From: Candidatus Nomurabacteria bacterium
Lineage (GTDB): Bacteria; Patescibacteriota; Minisyncoccia; Phycocordibacterales; CALRBL01
Assembly: GCA_963834935.1 (NCBI GenBank)
Contig: CAWIDS010000003.1
Location: 121,373 to 185,372 of the forward strand
DNA length: 64,000 bases
Direction of reading: 5' to 3'
Position numbers and translations under genes: made by a program. The notes beneath the pieces are model-generated. The model saw nothing but the letters and a program-made list of their open reading frames with translations, made no database searches and had not been told where the DNA came from. Positions 39,857 to 49,238 of this stretch are shown here, one piece after another (the stretch's first letter is position 1; each line of letters starts with the position of its first letter).

Positions 39857-40152
39857 GGGTGCGTCTATAAGCCGAATTCTGTATTGGACGATCATTTATC
39901 TGGGCCTTTGATCACTCAAAGGCTCGAGCGGCACTCGCCGATTACCGCCGTTTCGGGCATAAATCAGCGCACGGCCTTGCACAGAAGTAAGGATTTTGCC
40001 GTTTCACCCTCCGCTTGCGCGGAGGCTCGTCTCTGTTCGCACCTCGGCCATCGCTGGCGACGGGAATTACCCGCTACTCTTGGCTCTTGCGAGCCGCTGT
40101 GTTCGGACTTTCCTCCCTGCCTTTCGGCAAGAGCGATCATCTGGCGCACTCG
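39857..40152 (-). ncRNA. rnpB: RNase P RNA (bacterial type A-like, compact)
   Basis: On the minus strand: GAGGAAAGUCCGAACACAG (P4 5' strand), GCGGGUAAUUCCCG (L15-like GGUAA), GGAGGGUGAAACGGC (J11/12), and GGCCCAGAUAAAUGAUCGUCCAAUACAGAAUUCGGCUUA, which matches E. coli GGCCUAGAUGAAUGACUGUCCACGACAGAACCCGGCUUA. P4 covaries (GUCCGAAC with GAAUUCGGCU versus GUCCGGGC with GAACCCGGCU). Confidence 0.85.
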
Positions 40153-40161
40153 GCTACTTTA

Positions 40162-40698
40162 CTATTTTGAAGAGGTGTTGTCTACTAAAGTGATCTTGCT
40201 TCCCACCTGGACATTATGCTGATCGAAGAATCCAGCATTAACTTCAAGCACGTACTTCGAAGGAACATCCGAACCGAAAGTCTCAGGATAGGTGCTCGGC
40301 GACACGTTCTTTTCCTCATGAACGATAGTAAAGTCGCTGCCAAGCCATGCGATATCGAGTGGATAGATCATGTCTTTCATCCATATCTGTGGGTTACCGA
40401 GCGAATCGAATACGAAAAGCATTCCCTTGTTGTCATCAAGATAAAATGAGCCTCCGAGACCGCGCTCCCTTTCAGCTTCGGTGGAAGCAAGATCAACTGA
40501 TATTTGTGTATCGCCAATCGAAATCGGCACAGGAATCTTGTCATTCGAGCTGAGGTCTATCGATATCTCCTGATCAAGGCTGTTCTGCTGGAGGCTTTTG
40601 ACATAGGGGATGAATACGTAAAATATCGCCGCCACGATAAGCAACACGGCGACAAGAATGAGTATCTTCTTTAAGCTGCCGGCATGATCATAATCCAT
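40162..40698 (-). CDS. DUF192-family protein (COG1430), membrane-anchored
   Basis: ..GMLFVFDSLGNPQIWMKDMIYPLDIAWLGSDFTIV.. matches the DUF192 core. Confidence 0.6.
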   Translation of the reverse strand: MDYDHAGSLKKILILVAVLLIVAAIFYVFIPYVKSLQQNSLDQEISIDLSSNDKIPVPISIGDTQISVDLASTEAERERGLGGSFYLDDNKGMLFVFDSLGNPQIWMKDMIYPLDIAWLGSDFTIVHEEKNVSPSTYPETFGSDVPSKYVLEVNAGFFDQHNVQVGSKITLVDNTSSK

Positions 40699-40727
40699 GA
40701 CCTGATTATATATGATATCCTGGAAGC

Positions 40728-41102
40728 ATGCACAGGTTCGAAATCACCTACAGCCTCGCAAAATGCCCCTTCGGCTGGTGCGTCCTCGGTATGAACGGCA
40801 GCAGGATATGTGGTCTTTCTTTTTTGGAGAGCGATGACAAGAAAAAGGCCGCAGCGATGATCAGAAAATTTTCGATTCCCTTCGGAGAAACAGTGAACTA
40901 CTCGGATATTGCCAGAACCATCAAATCGCCCCGAGCTGTCAGGGCCGTCGGCACCGCCTGCGGCAGGAACCCTATCAATTTCATTATTCCCTGCCATCGC
41001 GTCCTCACCTCCGATGGTGGCCTTGGCGGATACAATAGCGGCATCAAGAGAAAGAAAGAAATAGTGGAATGGGAAGCGGAGTTGCGGACGAAAGGTAAAT
41101 AA
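40728..41102 (+). CDS. ogt: methylated-DNA--protein-cysteine methyltransferase (Ogt/MGMT) DNA-binding domain protein
   Basis: ..IIPCHRVL.. is the active-site PCHR motif. Confidence 0.8.
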   Translation: MHRFEITYSLAKCPFGWCVLGMNGSRICGLSFLESDDKKKAAAMIRKFSIPFGETVNYSDIARTIKSPRAVRAVGTACGRNPINFIIPCHRVLTSDGGLGGYNSGIKRKKEIVEWEAELRTKGK

Positions 41103-41188
41103 AAAAGTCCCGCACTGAGCGAGACATTCAAGCAAACGTGGCAGGCTTGTAGGAAAATTCCTTGACCACCGTCCCTTCCGCATTGAAG

Positions 41189-41602
41189 TTAACCGTAGCT
41201 TCGATTCTTTCCCCCAGCAAGAACGAGCGGAAGCCATTCCACATCGTCAATCCACATCTTTTTATAAGGAATATCCGAAAGTGGATACCATTTTGGCCGC
41301 ATCTCTTTCGTCTCAGCCGGCTCCCCTTGCCACTGTCGCGCAAAGAAAACATAGCAATCGAAGATGTGATTCCCATCGAAATAGAAATGAAGGAAGGCGA
41401 CCTGGACGAGATCTTCTTCCTCAGCAACGAGACAAAATTCCTCATTGAGCTCGCGTGCGGCTGCAGTCTTGATGCTTTCGTTCCCTTCGATCTTGCCGCC
41501 GGGCCCATTTATTTTTCCTTCGCCAAAGCCCTCCAATTTCAAACCAAGAAGAATCTCATCAGGCTTCAGGCAAAAACAAAGCGTTGTTTTTTTCATATAC
41601 AC
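41189..41602 (-). CDS. NUDIX hydrolase
   Basis: Nudix box GGKIEGNESIKTAAARELNEEFCL. Confidence 0.8.
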   Translation of the reverse strand: MYMKKTTLCFCLKPDEILLGLKLEGFGEGKINGPGGKIEGNESIKTAAARELNEEFCLVAEEEDLVQVAFLHFYFDGNHIFDCYVFFARQWQGEPAETKEMRPKWYPLSDIPYKKMWIDDVEWLPLVLAGGKNRSYG

Positions 41603-41653
41603 CGTTAAGGTTTAGAGTATGATAGCATGAATCGTCTCCTAAGGACTATTCTG

Positions 41654-42403
41654 CTAATCTGTCCATTCCGATATCACCTTCTTTGTCTCTTCAGGACCGC
41701 TTACCTGAATACAATCCACGCCAGCAGCCTTGGCAGGATAGTCATTGCCGCCAGGAAAAATAGCATCGCCGACAAAAAGCATCCGGCTTATCGGCACGCT
41801 GAGAAACTCAGACAATTTTGCTATTCCATATGCCTTATCGACGCCTTTTAGGGTTATGTCGATGGAAGTCGTGCCGCCGATATGAATATCGAATTCAGGC
41901 AATTCCTTTCTCAAAATATCTGTTATCTGATTGCGCTTCCTTTTATCGGGATCCCAAGCCTCCTTGAGCTCCAACGGTGCGTTCTGGCCTAAAGCGGAAA
42001 AAGTTATCTGAGAGCCGCGATCCTCTATCGCTTCGCCATAAATTTCCTTCGGAGCGATGTATCTTTCAGAGGAAAGGGCTTCGTTCAATCTGCTTATTAT
42101 CTTTTCCTTGTCAGCAGCGGAAAAGTCCAGCGCGTATTGCTCACGCCATCCGTCCTGCCACGCATACAGCCTCGAGCCCGATGTAGGTAAAAGAAAAAGA
42201 TTCGAAAGCTGCGCTGGGCCACAGGTTATCCTGCTCAGAAATTGATCCTGAAACTGCGAATAAGCGCCGCCAGAAATGACCGCTACTTTCTTTTTCATCA
42301 GGAGGCGCGCGATCAGCGCTGCCATATCGTCATCAATGGCAGATTTGCTGACTGCAAGAGTGCCGTCCAAATCAAAGATGATAAGCTCCTTGTCCGGTTT
42401 CAT
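41654..42403 (-). CDS. HAD-superfamily hydrolase (Cof/PMM-like subfamily IIB)
   Basis: IIFDLDGTLA (motif I) and ..FVGDAIFPGGNDYP.. (motif IV). Confidence 0.7.
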   Translation of the reverse strand: MKPDKELIIFDLDGTLAVSKSAIDDDMAALIARLLMKKKVAVISGGAYSQFQDQFLSRITCGPAQLSNLFLLPTSGSRLYAWQDGWREQYALDFSAADKEKIISRLNEALSSERYIAPKEIYGEAIEDRGSQITFSALGQNAPLELKEAWDPDKRKRNQITDILRKELPEFDIHIGGTTSIDITLKGVDKAYGIAKLSEFLSVPISRMLFVGDAIFPGGNDYPAKAAGVDCIQVSGPEETKKVISEWTD

Positions 42404-42404
42404 A

Positions 42405-44309
42405 TTAAGTTCGAAGTTTCCTTAAGAGCACGTTCAGGTTGATGGCTGCTGCGCCGATAACACTGTCTGCGGCGCCGTAATATATGTATGCGACTCCCTT
42501 GATTACCACCAGGCTGCAAGGAAAGACGACGTTCGGCATCGTGCCTTTGAGCTCATATTCTTCTTCAGGCTCGAAAACAGGAGCGGCGGTACGGGCCTTT
42601 ACCACTGTCGGATCATTCAGATCAAGCAGGAGGGCGCCGACGCGGTACTTCCGGCTCCTTGAAATGCCGTGATAGAGAAGAAGCCATCCTTGCTTGGTCT
42701 TCACGGGAGGTCCGGCGATGCCGACCTTCTCGCTATCCCACATTCCCTGCCGAGGACTTATTATCTCGATGCACCTGGTTATGCTTTCCTTCGAGAAGTC
42801 GAGCGATGAAACCATATCGGCGCAAACGTCATTGTTGACCCTATGTAATATCATGTATTTTCCTCCTATCTTTTCAGGAAGGATCGCGGCATCCTTGTTT
42901 GAAACGGTTGGAGGCGTAATGACGTTCGGTACCGACCAGGCTTTCCAGCGCATGGCGAGAAAATCCTTCACGCTAATCGAGCTCACGGCGACGCGCGGCA
43001 TCTTGCCGTCATATGCGGTGTATGTCATATAGAGCTTATCGCCAACCTGCACGATGCGCGGATCCTCGCAACCATAATTGGCATTGGTTGAATCGGATCT
43101 GCGCTCGAAATCGGCGCGCGGAAGATATATAGGTTTTTTCGGACGTTCGCTGATGGCGAAACCGTCATCACTTACCGCATAGCCCAAGGCCGAGACGTTA
43201 GTGGCTGAAGCTCCCCTATATATGATATGAACCTTGTCGCCAAGATAGATAGCTGCAGGATTCAGAGTCCCGCCAGCCTCCCAGGCTAATCCAGGGCGCG
43301 GAGATATGATGGGGTTGCCGGCATAGCGCTTGAAAGCCGAGCGCTTCGCATTAGTCATGCTGTCCAGAAGGTCATCCAGATACACCGAAGCTATCGCGCA
43401 ATGTGTATCAGCCGCGCCATAATATATTTCCAATTTATCCTTCCTAATCAGCGCGCCGGAAGGAAATACTATATTGCTTACATGACCAACCTTCTCGTAA
43501 TATTCATCAGGAACCATGAACGGCCCTTTGGTGATAGCGATGATTCGCTTTGGATCCTTTGAATCAAGCAGTACTGCTTCGACGCCGAAAACGCTATCCG
43601 GCTTGCCGTAATTCTGGACGCGAGAATAGATGACAAGCCAACCCTTATCCGTCTTTACCGGAGGCGCTCCCAATTCGACTTGGTCGGAACCAGATCGGTG
43701 CAAGGGTATCTTGAATCCATCCAATGCTTTCATCCATTCATTCCAGTATGTTGAGGACCACATATCTTCCGGCTTATCGAATTCTATGTAGCAAATATCA
43801 GAAGGTACCCGATCAGTGTTTATCGTGACCAGCGCAGCCATCTTGCCGTTTATCTTTTCTGGGAAAAGCGCCATGGCTTTGGCATTGAAAGGCGTGACCA
43901 GATGCTTCTCGTCGATGGTTTTCAGATCCTTGCTCAGAGCGACGGCAACTTTGATATTGTCAGCGGAAAAAGGAAAGCCACCGAGTGCGGTATAGAATAT
44001 GTAATACGTCTTGCCGATTTTGGTTATGCGCGGATCCTCGCAGCCGTACTTGTCATATTCGGTGCTCGGCCCGAACAGGATTCTCCTGTTTTCAAAGTGA
44101 ACGCCATCCTTCGCCTCCGCCACGGCAATGACTGAAGTGCTTATATGAGGCTCTCTTAGTATTTCTTGCTCCGATTGTGCCCGATAGAGCAAATAAGTCT
44201 TATTCTTTTCTGCTATCGGACATCCGTTGAAAGTCGCCAAAGCTTCCCATGGACGAGATTTGTCGGGCGAGAGAATCGGATTATGGCTTGATCTGGTGAG
44301 AGTGAACAT
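42405..44309 (-). CDS. tandem double GH130-family glycoside phosphorylase-like protein
   Basis: Two repeats of the GH130 core, each with YGCEDPRI and beta-propeller motifs (..GWLVIYSRV.., ..GWLLLYHGI..). Start taken at MFTLTRSSHNPIL; the ORF-track start 44408 would overlap the upstream gene. Confidence 0.7.
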   Translation of the reverse strand: MFTLTRSSHNPILSPDKSRPWEALATFNGCPIAEKNKTYLLYRAQSEQEILREPHISTSVIAVAEAKDGVHFENRRILFGPSTEYDKYGCEDPRITKIGKTYYIFYTALGGFPFSADNIKVAVALSKDLKTIDEKHLVTPFNAKAMALFPEKINGKMAALVTINTDRVPSDICYIEFDKPEDMWSSTYWNEWMKALDGFKIPLHRSGSDQVELGAPPVKTDKGWLVIYSRVQNYGKPDSVFGVEAVLLDSKDPKRIIAITKGPFMVPDEYYEKVGHVSNIVFPSGALIRKDKLEIYYGAADTHCAIASVYLDDLLDSMTNAKRSAFKRYAGNPIISPRPGLAWEAGGTLNPAAIYLGDKVHIIYRGASATNVSALGYAVSDDGFAISERPKKPIYLPRADFERRSDSTNANYGCEDPRIVQVGDKLYMTYTAYDGKMPRVAVSSISVKDFLAMRWKAWSVPNVITPPTVSNKDAAILPEKIGGKYMILHRVNNDVCADMVSSLDFSKESITRCIEIISPRQGMWDSEKVGIAGPPVKTKQGWLLLYHGISRSRKYRVGALLLDLNDPTVVKARTAAPVFEPEEEYELKGTMPNVVFPCSLVVIKGVAYIYYGAADSVIGAAAINLNVLLRKLRT

Positions 44310-44313
44310 GTTT

Positions 44314-45474
44314 TTATGCTTTTCCGTGAGCGACAAGCCAATCGAGAAGTGGACGGAGCGGGGTTTTGGCCGTGCAGACATATTTATCTCCACCTCCATA
44401 GTATACAACCAAATCTTCCCCGTCGATCACCGCGCCGGACGCATATACCACTCCCGACTTCATGTCATTCTCATAAGGCATATCGGGCTCGAGCAGCGGG
44501 CCGCGGGAACGATAAAGTATCCTAGTCGGATCGGAGATATCCAGTATCATGCAGCCAAGCTTGTATTTATCTGGATCATTCTTGTCCATGGCGTGATACA
44601 GGAGCAGCCATCCGATGTCGGTCCTCAAGGGCGGCGCACCTGCTCCGCGCATCCAATTGTCCCAATGGCTCGGCCTGCCTCCTGATGGCGGCGAACTCTT
44701 TATGTGCTTGCCCGGCTGTTCATATATCTCATCCAGATAATCTATCTTGATGTCGGGAGATATGCTGTGCAGGACTGCGAACTTGCCATTTATCTTTTCG
44801 GGGAAAAGCACCCAGTTCTTATTCACTTCTCCCATAGGAGAAATGAATCGCTGCCGTTTCCAATTCCAGCGCTTCTTCTTTAAGTCTTCAGTCTTTATCG
44901 ACGTAAGCACGATGCGTACGCAGTCCCACCCCTCGAATGCCGTATAGGTCATGTAGGCTCGATCACCGATGATCACCAGCCGCGGATCCTCGCACCCTCC
45001 CCAGCCGCCACCTGACACGTAGATGCTCGAATCATAATTTTGCGGATATTCTTGACTTCTTTCTTTAGGATCGCGCGATGCAACTGAAACATACACTGGG
45101 TAGTCTGTTCTATCGTCGAATTTCACGCCGTCACGGCTTCTTGCATATCCGATGCGCGACAATCCGTCTTGGCCGATAGCGCGATAGAACATATGGAATA
45201 TGCCATCTTCATCCCTCGCTACGGCTGGATTGAATGTAGCTACCGTCTCCCATTCCCTGTGAGCCTGCGGCTTTATTATGGGATTATGCTTATGACGCTC
45301 CAGTGACAATCTGTCTGGCTTATGCTTCTTTGAAGATTTTCTCTTCGGAAAGAAAAGGAGGATGATCGAATATATCAGGTAAGCGGCAGATACGAGAATT
45401 ACAATCAGAAAAATGAACCAAATCATTTTTAATTCAGCACTGCCATCAATTAAAAAAAGTGATTGCATCAGCAC
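44314..45474 (-). CDS. GH130-family glycoside phosphorylase-like protein with N-terminal TM anchor
   Basis: TM helix then ..HNPIIKP.., GGCEDPRLV and GWLLLYHAMD. Confidence 0.7.
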   Translation of the reverse strand: MLMQSLFLIDGSAELKMIWFIFLIVILVSAAYLIYSIILLFFPKRKSSKKHKPDRLSLERHKHNPIIKPQAHREWETVATFNPAVARDEDGIFHMFYRAIGQDGLSRIGYARSRDGVKFDDRTDYPVYVSVASRDPKERSQEYPQNYDSSIYVSGGGWGGCEDPRLVIIGDRAYMTYTAFEGWDCVRIVLTSIKTEDLKKKRWNWKRQRFISPMGEVNKNWVLFPEKINGKFAVLHSISPDIKIDYLDEIYEQPGKHIKSSPPSGGRPSHWDNWMRGAGAPPLRTDIGWLLLYHAMDKNDPDKYKLGCMILDISDPTRILYRSRGPLLEPDMPYENDMKSGVVYASGAVIDGEDLVVYYGGGDKYVCTAKTPLRPLLDWLVAHGKA

Positions 45475-45531
45475 GCATATTGTATCAAATTATTTCCTCT
45501 CTATTCAATAGAGGGGGTGTTGATAAGTACC

Positions 45532-45915
45532 CTACAGCATCTTCAGCGACAACCTGCTTAATACCTTCACTGCATTGTCCTGGGCAGTCTTGCTGTCCTT
45601 GCTTGCGACGAAATTGTCCCAATCGGTATTGAGAACATCGTCATGAAGCTGGCGGATGTCATCCTCAAGCTTGACGCGGTCGTCATAGGAGATGGTGGCA
45701 TTCTGGTTGACCAGGACGGTATCGATGAAGAATTTGAGCGTCTGCGCCGTCTGTAGGCGAAGCTGATCCTTCTGATCCATGGCAGTGGTCTGATCCTGGA
45801 GGAGCTTCTCATTGGTGGTATATTGGATGCTAAAGAAGATGTTTCCTGCAAGAAGGACGAGCATCAAAAAGTTAGAGAACAAGCGTACCCTGTCTAATCC
45901 TGAGCTAAAAGTCAT
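45532..45915 (-). CDS. membrane-anchored hypothetical protein (127 aa)
   Basis: N-terminal TM helix and a helical C-terminus. Confidence 0.4.
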   Translation of the reverse strand: MTFSSGLDRVRLFSNFLMLVLLAGNIFFSIQYTTNEKLLQDQTTAMDQKDQLRLQTAQTLKFFIDTVLVNQNATISYDDRVKLEDDIRQLHDDVLNTDWDNFVASKDSKTAQDNAVKVLSRLSLKML

Positions 45916-46234
45916 AATATTTTTGTTAAGTTAATAATAAGCGGTTATGCTGTTAATGCTATTGTACAACAGACTGCGACTGATTGTTACCATGAGTGTC
46001 TTTATTTTTTTGAAGATAGTAATAAGTATTTCCTAAAGCAATCAAGGCTACAACCGCTATTAGAAACGGAGCAATGAACCCCTTAAGTATATTATTAAAG
46101 TAAGCTTAAAATACTGCGGGGAGTAAGGCGTACCCAAGAAATTGCTCGCCGATTCCTTATACGAGAATTCGATGGCATGAAATCTAAGAAATTCTAGTGA
46201 CCGCATGCGCTATCTAAGTTCCGAAATTATTATA

Positions 46235-46276
46235 CAAAAAAGAAAGAGCCCGCGCGAAAAAGTCTCGCGCGGGCTC
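46235..46276 (-). terminator. terminator hairpin gagcccgcgcg..cgcgcgggctc with T-rich tail on the minus strand
   Basis: 11-bp GC stem downstream of the GC-rich gene. Confidence 0.55.
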
Positions 46277-46327
46277 AAAGGGTCTAAGACCCGAAGTAAC
46301 TAACTTAAGTATCCAAGTTTCCAAGGA

Positions 46328-47014
46328 CTACTCGTCGCAGAAGCACAGCAGGACGAAGTCGTCGCTCCAGGGGTTCTCGAAGTAGCCGAGGTGGAAGTGG
46401 AAGTCGCCACCCGAGTGGGCACTCACGTACGGCACCCTGCGGCAGCCGCCGGCATCTTCCCAAAGGCGATCCTTCTCATCGAAGGAAACGTACCACTTAC
46501 CCTTCGGCAGTTGAGCGCGTTTCTGTTCGTAGACGAGGGAAGCCCCTTGAGCTCCGACGAGCACGGCCTTCTGCGTGGCAAGAAACGCCATGCGCTCTTC
46601 CGATGTGGTCTCGCCGGGGGTGACTTGCTTGTACGCGCGAACGCGGAGCTTGTCGCCTGGCTTGAGCACACGGGAGGGATTGCCGAAGTTCCCGTCGGTG
46701 ATGTTGTCGTTGTAGTAATAAAACTCCTTGCGGTGTTTCTTACCAAACGTCGTGAGCCGACTGCCGTGAACGTAGTCATCGGGCACCGTGATGGTGCCGA
46801 GATCAACGAGCAGGGCGAACTTGTCGTTCCGAAACTTTTCGATGAATTGCGCGATGTGATCGTTGAGACCGGGGGCCTCATTGATGCGTTGCGCTTCTTC
46901 TTCGGTGAGGCCGGACTTGTTGAAGGCGGCCTCGACTTTTTCCATGAAACGGAGACCTTTTGGATCCCGTGCAGTAACGTGTGATGTGGTCAATGCTTTT
47001 GGCATCGTCGTCAT
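46328..47014 (-). CDS. hypothetical protein (228 aa) in a roughly 60% GC gene; candidate horizontally acquired
   Basis: The first 100 nt are 62% GC versus about 46% in valS; AAGGAG RBS then ATGACGACGATG. No family recognised (..GNFGNPSRVLKPGDKLRVRAYKQV.., C-terminal ..GGDFHFHLGYFENPW..). Confidence 0.5.
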   Translation of the reverse strand: MTTMPKALTTSHVTARDPKGLRFMEKVEAAFNKSGLTEEEAQRINEAPGLNDHIAQFIEKFRNDKFALLVDLGTITVPDDYVHGSRLTTFGKKHRKEFYYYNDNITDGNFGNPSRVLKPGDKLRVRAYKQVTPGETTSEERMAFLATQKAVLVGAQGASLVYEQKRAQLPKGKWYVSFDEKDRLWEDAGGCRRVPYVSAHSGGDFHFHLGYFENPWSDDFVLLCFCDE

Positions 47015-47063
47015 CTCCTTTATTGTACCGGATACGCTCCAGCGGTTGCGTCTTGTCCCAGAA

Positions 47064-47112
47064 TTGAGACGAGCTTTTTAAGCCCGATACAGGCACAAAA
47101 AGCTCGTCTCAA
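47064..47112. terminator. perfect 16-bp inverted repeat ttgagacgagcttttt / aaaaagctcgtctcaa (17-nt spacer)
   Basis: Lies between tRNA-Ser(GGA) and the GC-rich gene; probably terminates the tRNA transcript. Confidence 0.45.
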
Positions 47113-47267
47113 CATGCTTCTTCTCAAAGAACTATCTTGCTTGTAGATTATACACCCATATATAGCTTATGTCAAGTACTTTAAATACCGAGGGTCTCAG
47201 GGATTTGAACTAAAAAGACGTTGGAAAATATAGGTTTCCGCATAGGTCCGATACAAAAGACTGACTG

Positions 47268-47354
47268 CGGAGGATAAGAGATTCGAACTCTTGAAAGGAT
47301 TTCTCCCTTACCACCTTTCCAAGGTGGCGCACTCGACCACTATGCGAATCCTCC
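47268..47354 (-). tRNA. tRNA-Ser (anticodon GGA), long variable arm
   Basis: The reverse complement GGAGGAUUCGCAUAGUGGUCGAGUGCGCCACCUUGGAAAGGUGGUAAGGGAGAAAUCCUUUCAAGAGUUCGAAUCUCUUAUCCUCCG. Confidence 0.85.
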
Positions 47355-47363
47355 AGTTTATAG

Positions 47364-47642
47364 TTATGCGTTCCTTATGAAAGCCTCTATCTCACCCTCA
47401 GGCAGATCGAAGTCAGGAGATGACTCTTCAATGAAACTGCTTCCGATAATGACATGATAGAGCTGACTCTTATTAAGAAGATCGTTAGGATATTTCTCTT
47501 TCAGTAGGTCGAGAAATTCATTCATCTTTTCGTTCATCTCGATTATATCTCCTTCTTCCGCCTTCTGCCTATAAAGTGCCTTCAATTCTACTACTTTCTC
47601 ACTTTGATTTTTCTCTGATGCTTCTGCTGGATTTGATGACAT
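47364..47642 (-). CDS. hypothetical acidic protein (92 aa)
   Basis: No motif recognised. Confidence 0.4.
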   Translation of the reverse strand: MSSNPAEASEKNQSEKVVELKALYRQKAEEGDIIEMNEKMNEFLDLLKEKYPNDLLNKSQLYHVIIGSSFIEESSPDFDLPEGEIEAFIRNA

Positions 47643-47661
47643 ATCAATATATTATTTATTA

Positions 47662-48567
47662 TTACTTTACCTCCATTCCCCGCAAAATCCTAATCCTATC
47701 CTCCGTCGGCGGATGGGTCATGAAAAGGCCAGTGAGACCCTTGGTGGCGCGGTCGCCAAAGGGGTTGGAGATGAAGAGATGAGCGGTGGCATGCGAGGCA
47801 CGTTTGAGGGGAATGCTGCTGTTCTCTATCTTTTCCAGAGCATCAGCAAGGCCCTCGGGATAGCGGGTAAGTAGGGCACCATCGGTGTCTGCAAGATATT
47901 CGCGGCGACGGGAAATGGCAAGCTGAATGAGAGTTGCCGCGATCGGCGACAGAATGATGAAGATGATGCCGATGATTGCCAGTGGATTGCCACCTTCCCT
48001 CTCGGAACTTCGTCCGCCGCCAAACCACAGGCTCCGGGTGAAGATATTGGCGATAAGCGAGATGAAGCCGACAAGCACCACAACTACGCTCGAAAGCAGG
48101 ATATCTTTGTTGCCGATATGCGACAGCTCATGAGCAAGCACTCCTTCAAGCTCGGTGCGGTTGAGAATGGCCAGCAAGCCTGAAGTGACGGCCACCGCCG
48201 CATGATCCTTGTTTCGACCCGTAGCAAAGGCATTCGGAGAAGAATCAGGAATGATGTAGATGCGCGGGCACGGAAGGCCGGCAGTGATGGCAAGATTCTC
48301 GACGATGCGCTTGAGCTCGAGATGCTGCGGAATATTCACAGGGTCAATCTCGACAGCTCCCGAAGTGGACAAAGCTATCTTGTCGGAATACCAGTAGCTC
48401 GCGATATTCATCAAGATGCTAAAAATGATGGCGATGTAGAGGATCATCTGGTCGTCGTACACTACGCTTATCGCATAGCCGACGCCTAAAACCACGACGA
48501 AGAAGACAGCCATCAGCAGCCAGGTCCTCGCGGTGTTTTTTGATTGCTGTGTGTAGAGCGTTGCCAT
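47662..48567 (-). CDS. htpX: M48-family zinc metalloprotease HtpX
   Basis: TM helices and HELSHIGNKD (HExxH). Confidence 0.85.
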   Translation of the reverse strand: MATLYTQQSKNTARTWLLMAVFFVVVLGVGYAISVVYDDQMILYIAIIFSILMNIASYWYSDKIALSTSGAVEIDPVNIPQHLELKRIVENLAITAGLPCPRIYIIPDSSPNAFATGRNKDHAAVAVTSGLLAILNRTELEGVLAHELSHIGNKDILLSSVVVVLVGFISLIANIFTRSLWFGGGRSSEREGGNPLAIIGIIFIILSPIAATLIQLAISRRREYLADTDGALLTRYPEGLADALEKIENSSIPLKRASHATAHLFISNPFGDRATKGLTGLFMTHPPTEDRIRILRGMEVK

Positions 48568-48573
48568 TGAAGA

Positions 48574-49125
48574 CTAGAACTTCACTTCGACAGGATTCTT
48601 TGCGGCAGCATCGGCTTCAGTCAGCTCGAAAAGCTCCATCTTCTGGAAGTGGAATGCCGAAGCGATAAGGTTTGAGGGAAACGATTCGATCTTGATGTTC
48701 AGATCGCGGACATTGCCGTTGTAGAAACGGCGGGCAGCCTGAATCTTGTTCTCGGTATCTGAAAGCTCATTCTGGAGGGAAAGAAAATTCTGATTAGCCT
48801 TGAGGTCAGGGTAGGCTTCAGCGACGGCGAAAAGGGATTTCAAGGTTCCGGAAAGGGTGTCTTCGGCCTTGGCCTTATCGGCAAAGCCCTGCGCTCCGAT
48901 GGCCGAAGTGCGAGCTGCTGTGACTTGCTCGAACACTCCAGACTCGTGCGCGGCATAGCCTTTGACGGTATTGACGAGGTTCGGAATGAGGTCGTAGCGG
49001 CGCTTCAATTGGACGTCAATGTCCGCCCATGCCTCCTTTGCCCGGTTTATAAGACTTACGAAGCCGTTGTAGCTCAAGGCAAACCAGAGAATAATAATGA
49101 CGAGGGCTGCTAATGCGATAATCAT
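48574..49125 (-). CDS. lemA: LemA-family protein
   Basis: N-terminal TM helix and LemA-like ..RRYDLIPNLV.. / ..RRFYNGNVRDLN.. Confidence 0.75.
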   Translation of the reverse strand: MIIALAALVIIILWFALSYNGFVSLINRAKEAWADIDVQLKRRYDLIPNLVNTVKGYAAHESGVFEQVTAARTSAIGAQGFADKAKAEDTLSGTLKSLFAVAEAYPDLKANQNFLSLQNELSDTENKIQAARRFYNGNVRDLNIKIESFPSNLIASAFHFQKMELFELTEADAAAKNPVEVKF

Positions 49126-49238
49126 AGATTTAATGGGTTAAAATTGGTAACTGAAGCATTATAACACATTTGCTGTTTGGTCGTCATGAAAAGAAGTTTG
49201 AATTGTCCATATAAGGTAAATCAAAGATTGAGCATAAA

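Noticed and set aside
39884-40222. 112-aa plus-strand ORF (TTG start)
   Set aside because: It overlaps the RNase P RNA gene, which has strong conserved P4, J11/12 and P15-P18 motifs on the opposite strand; it is an ORF artefact of GC-rich RNA.
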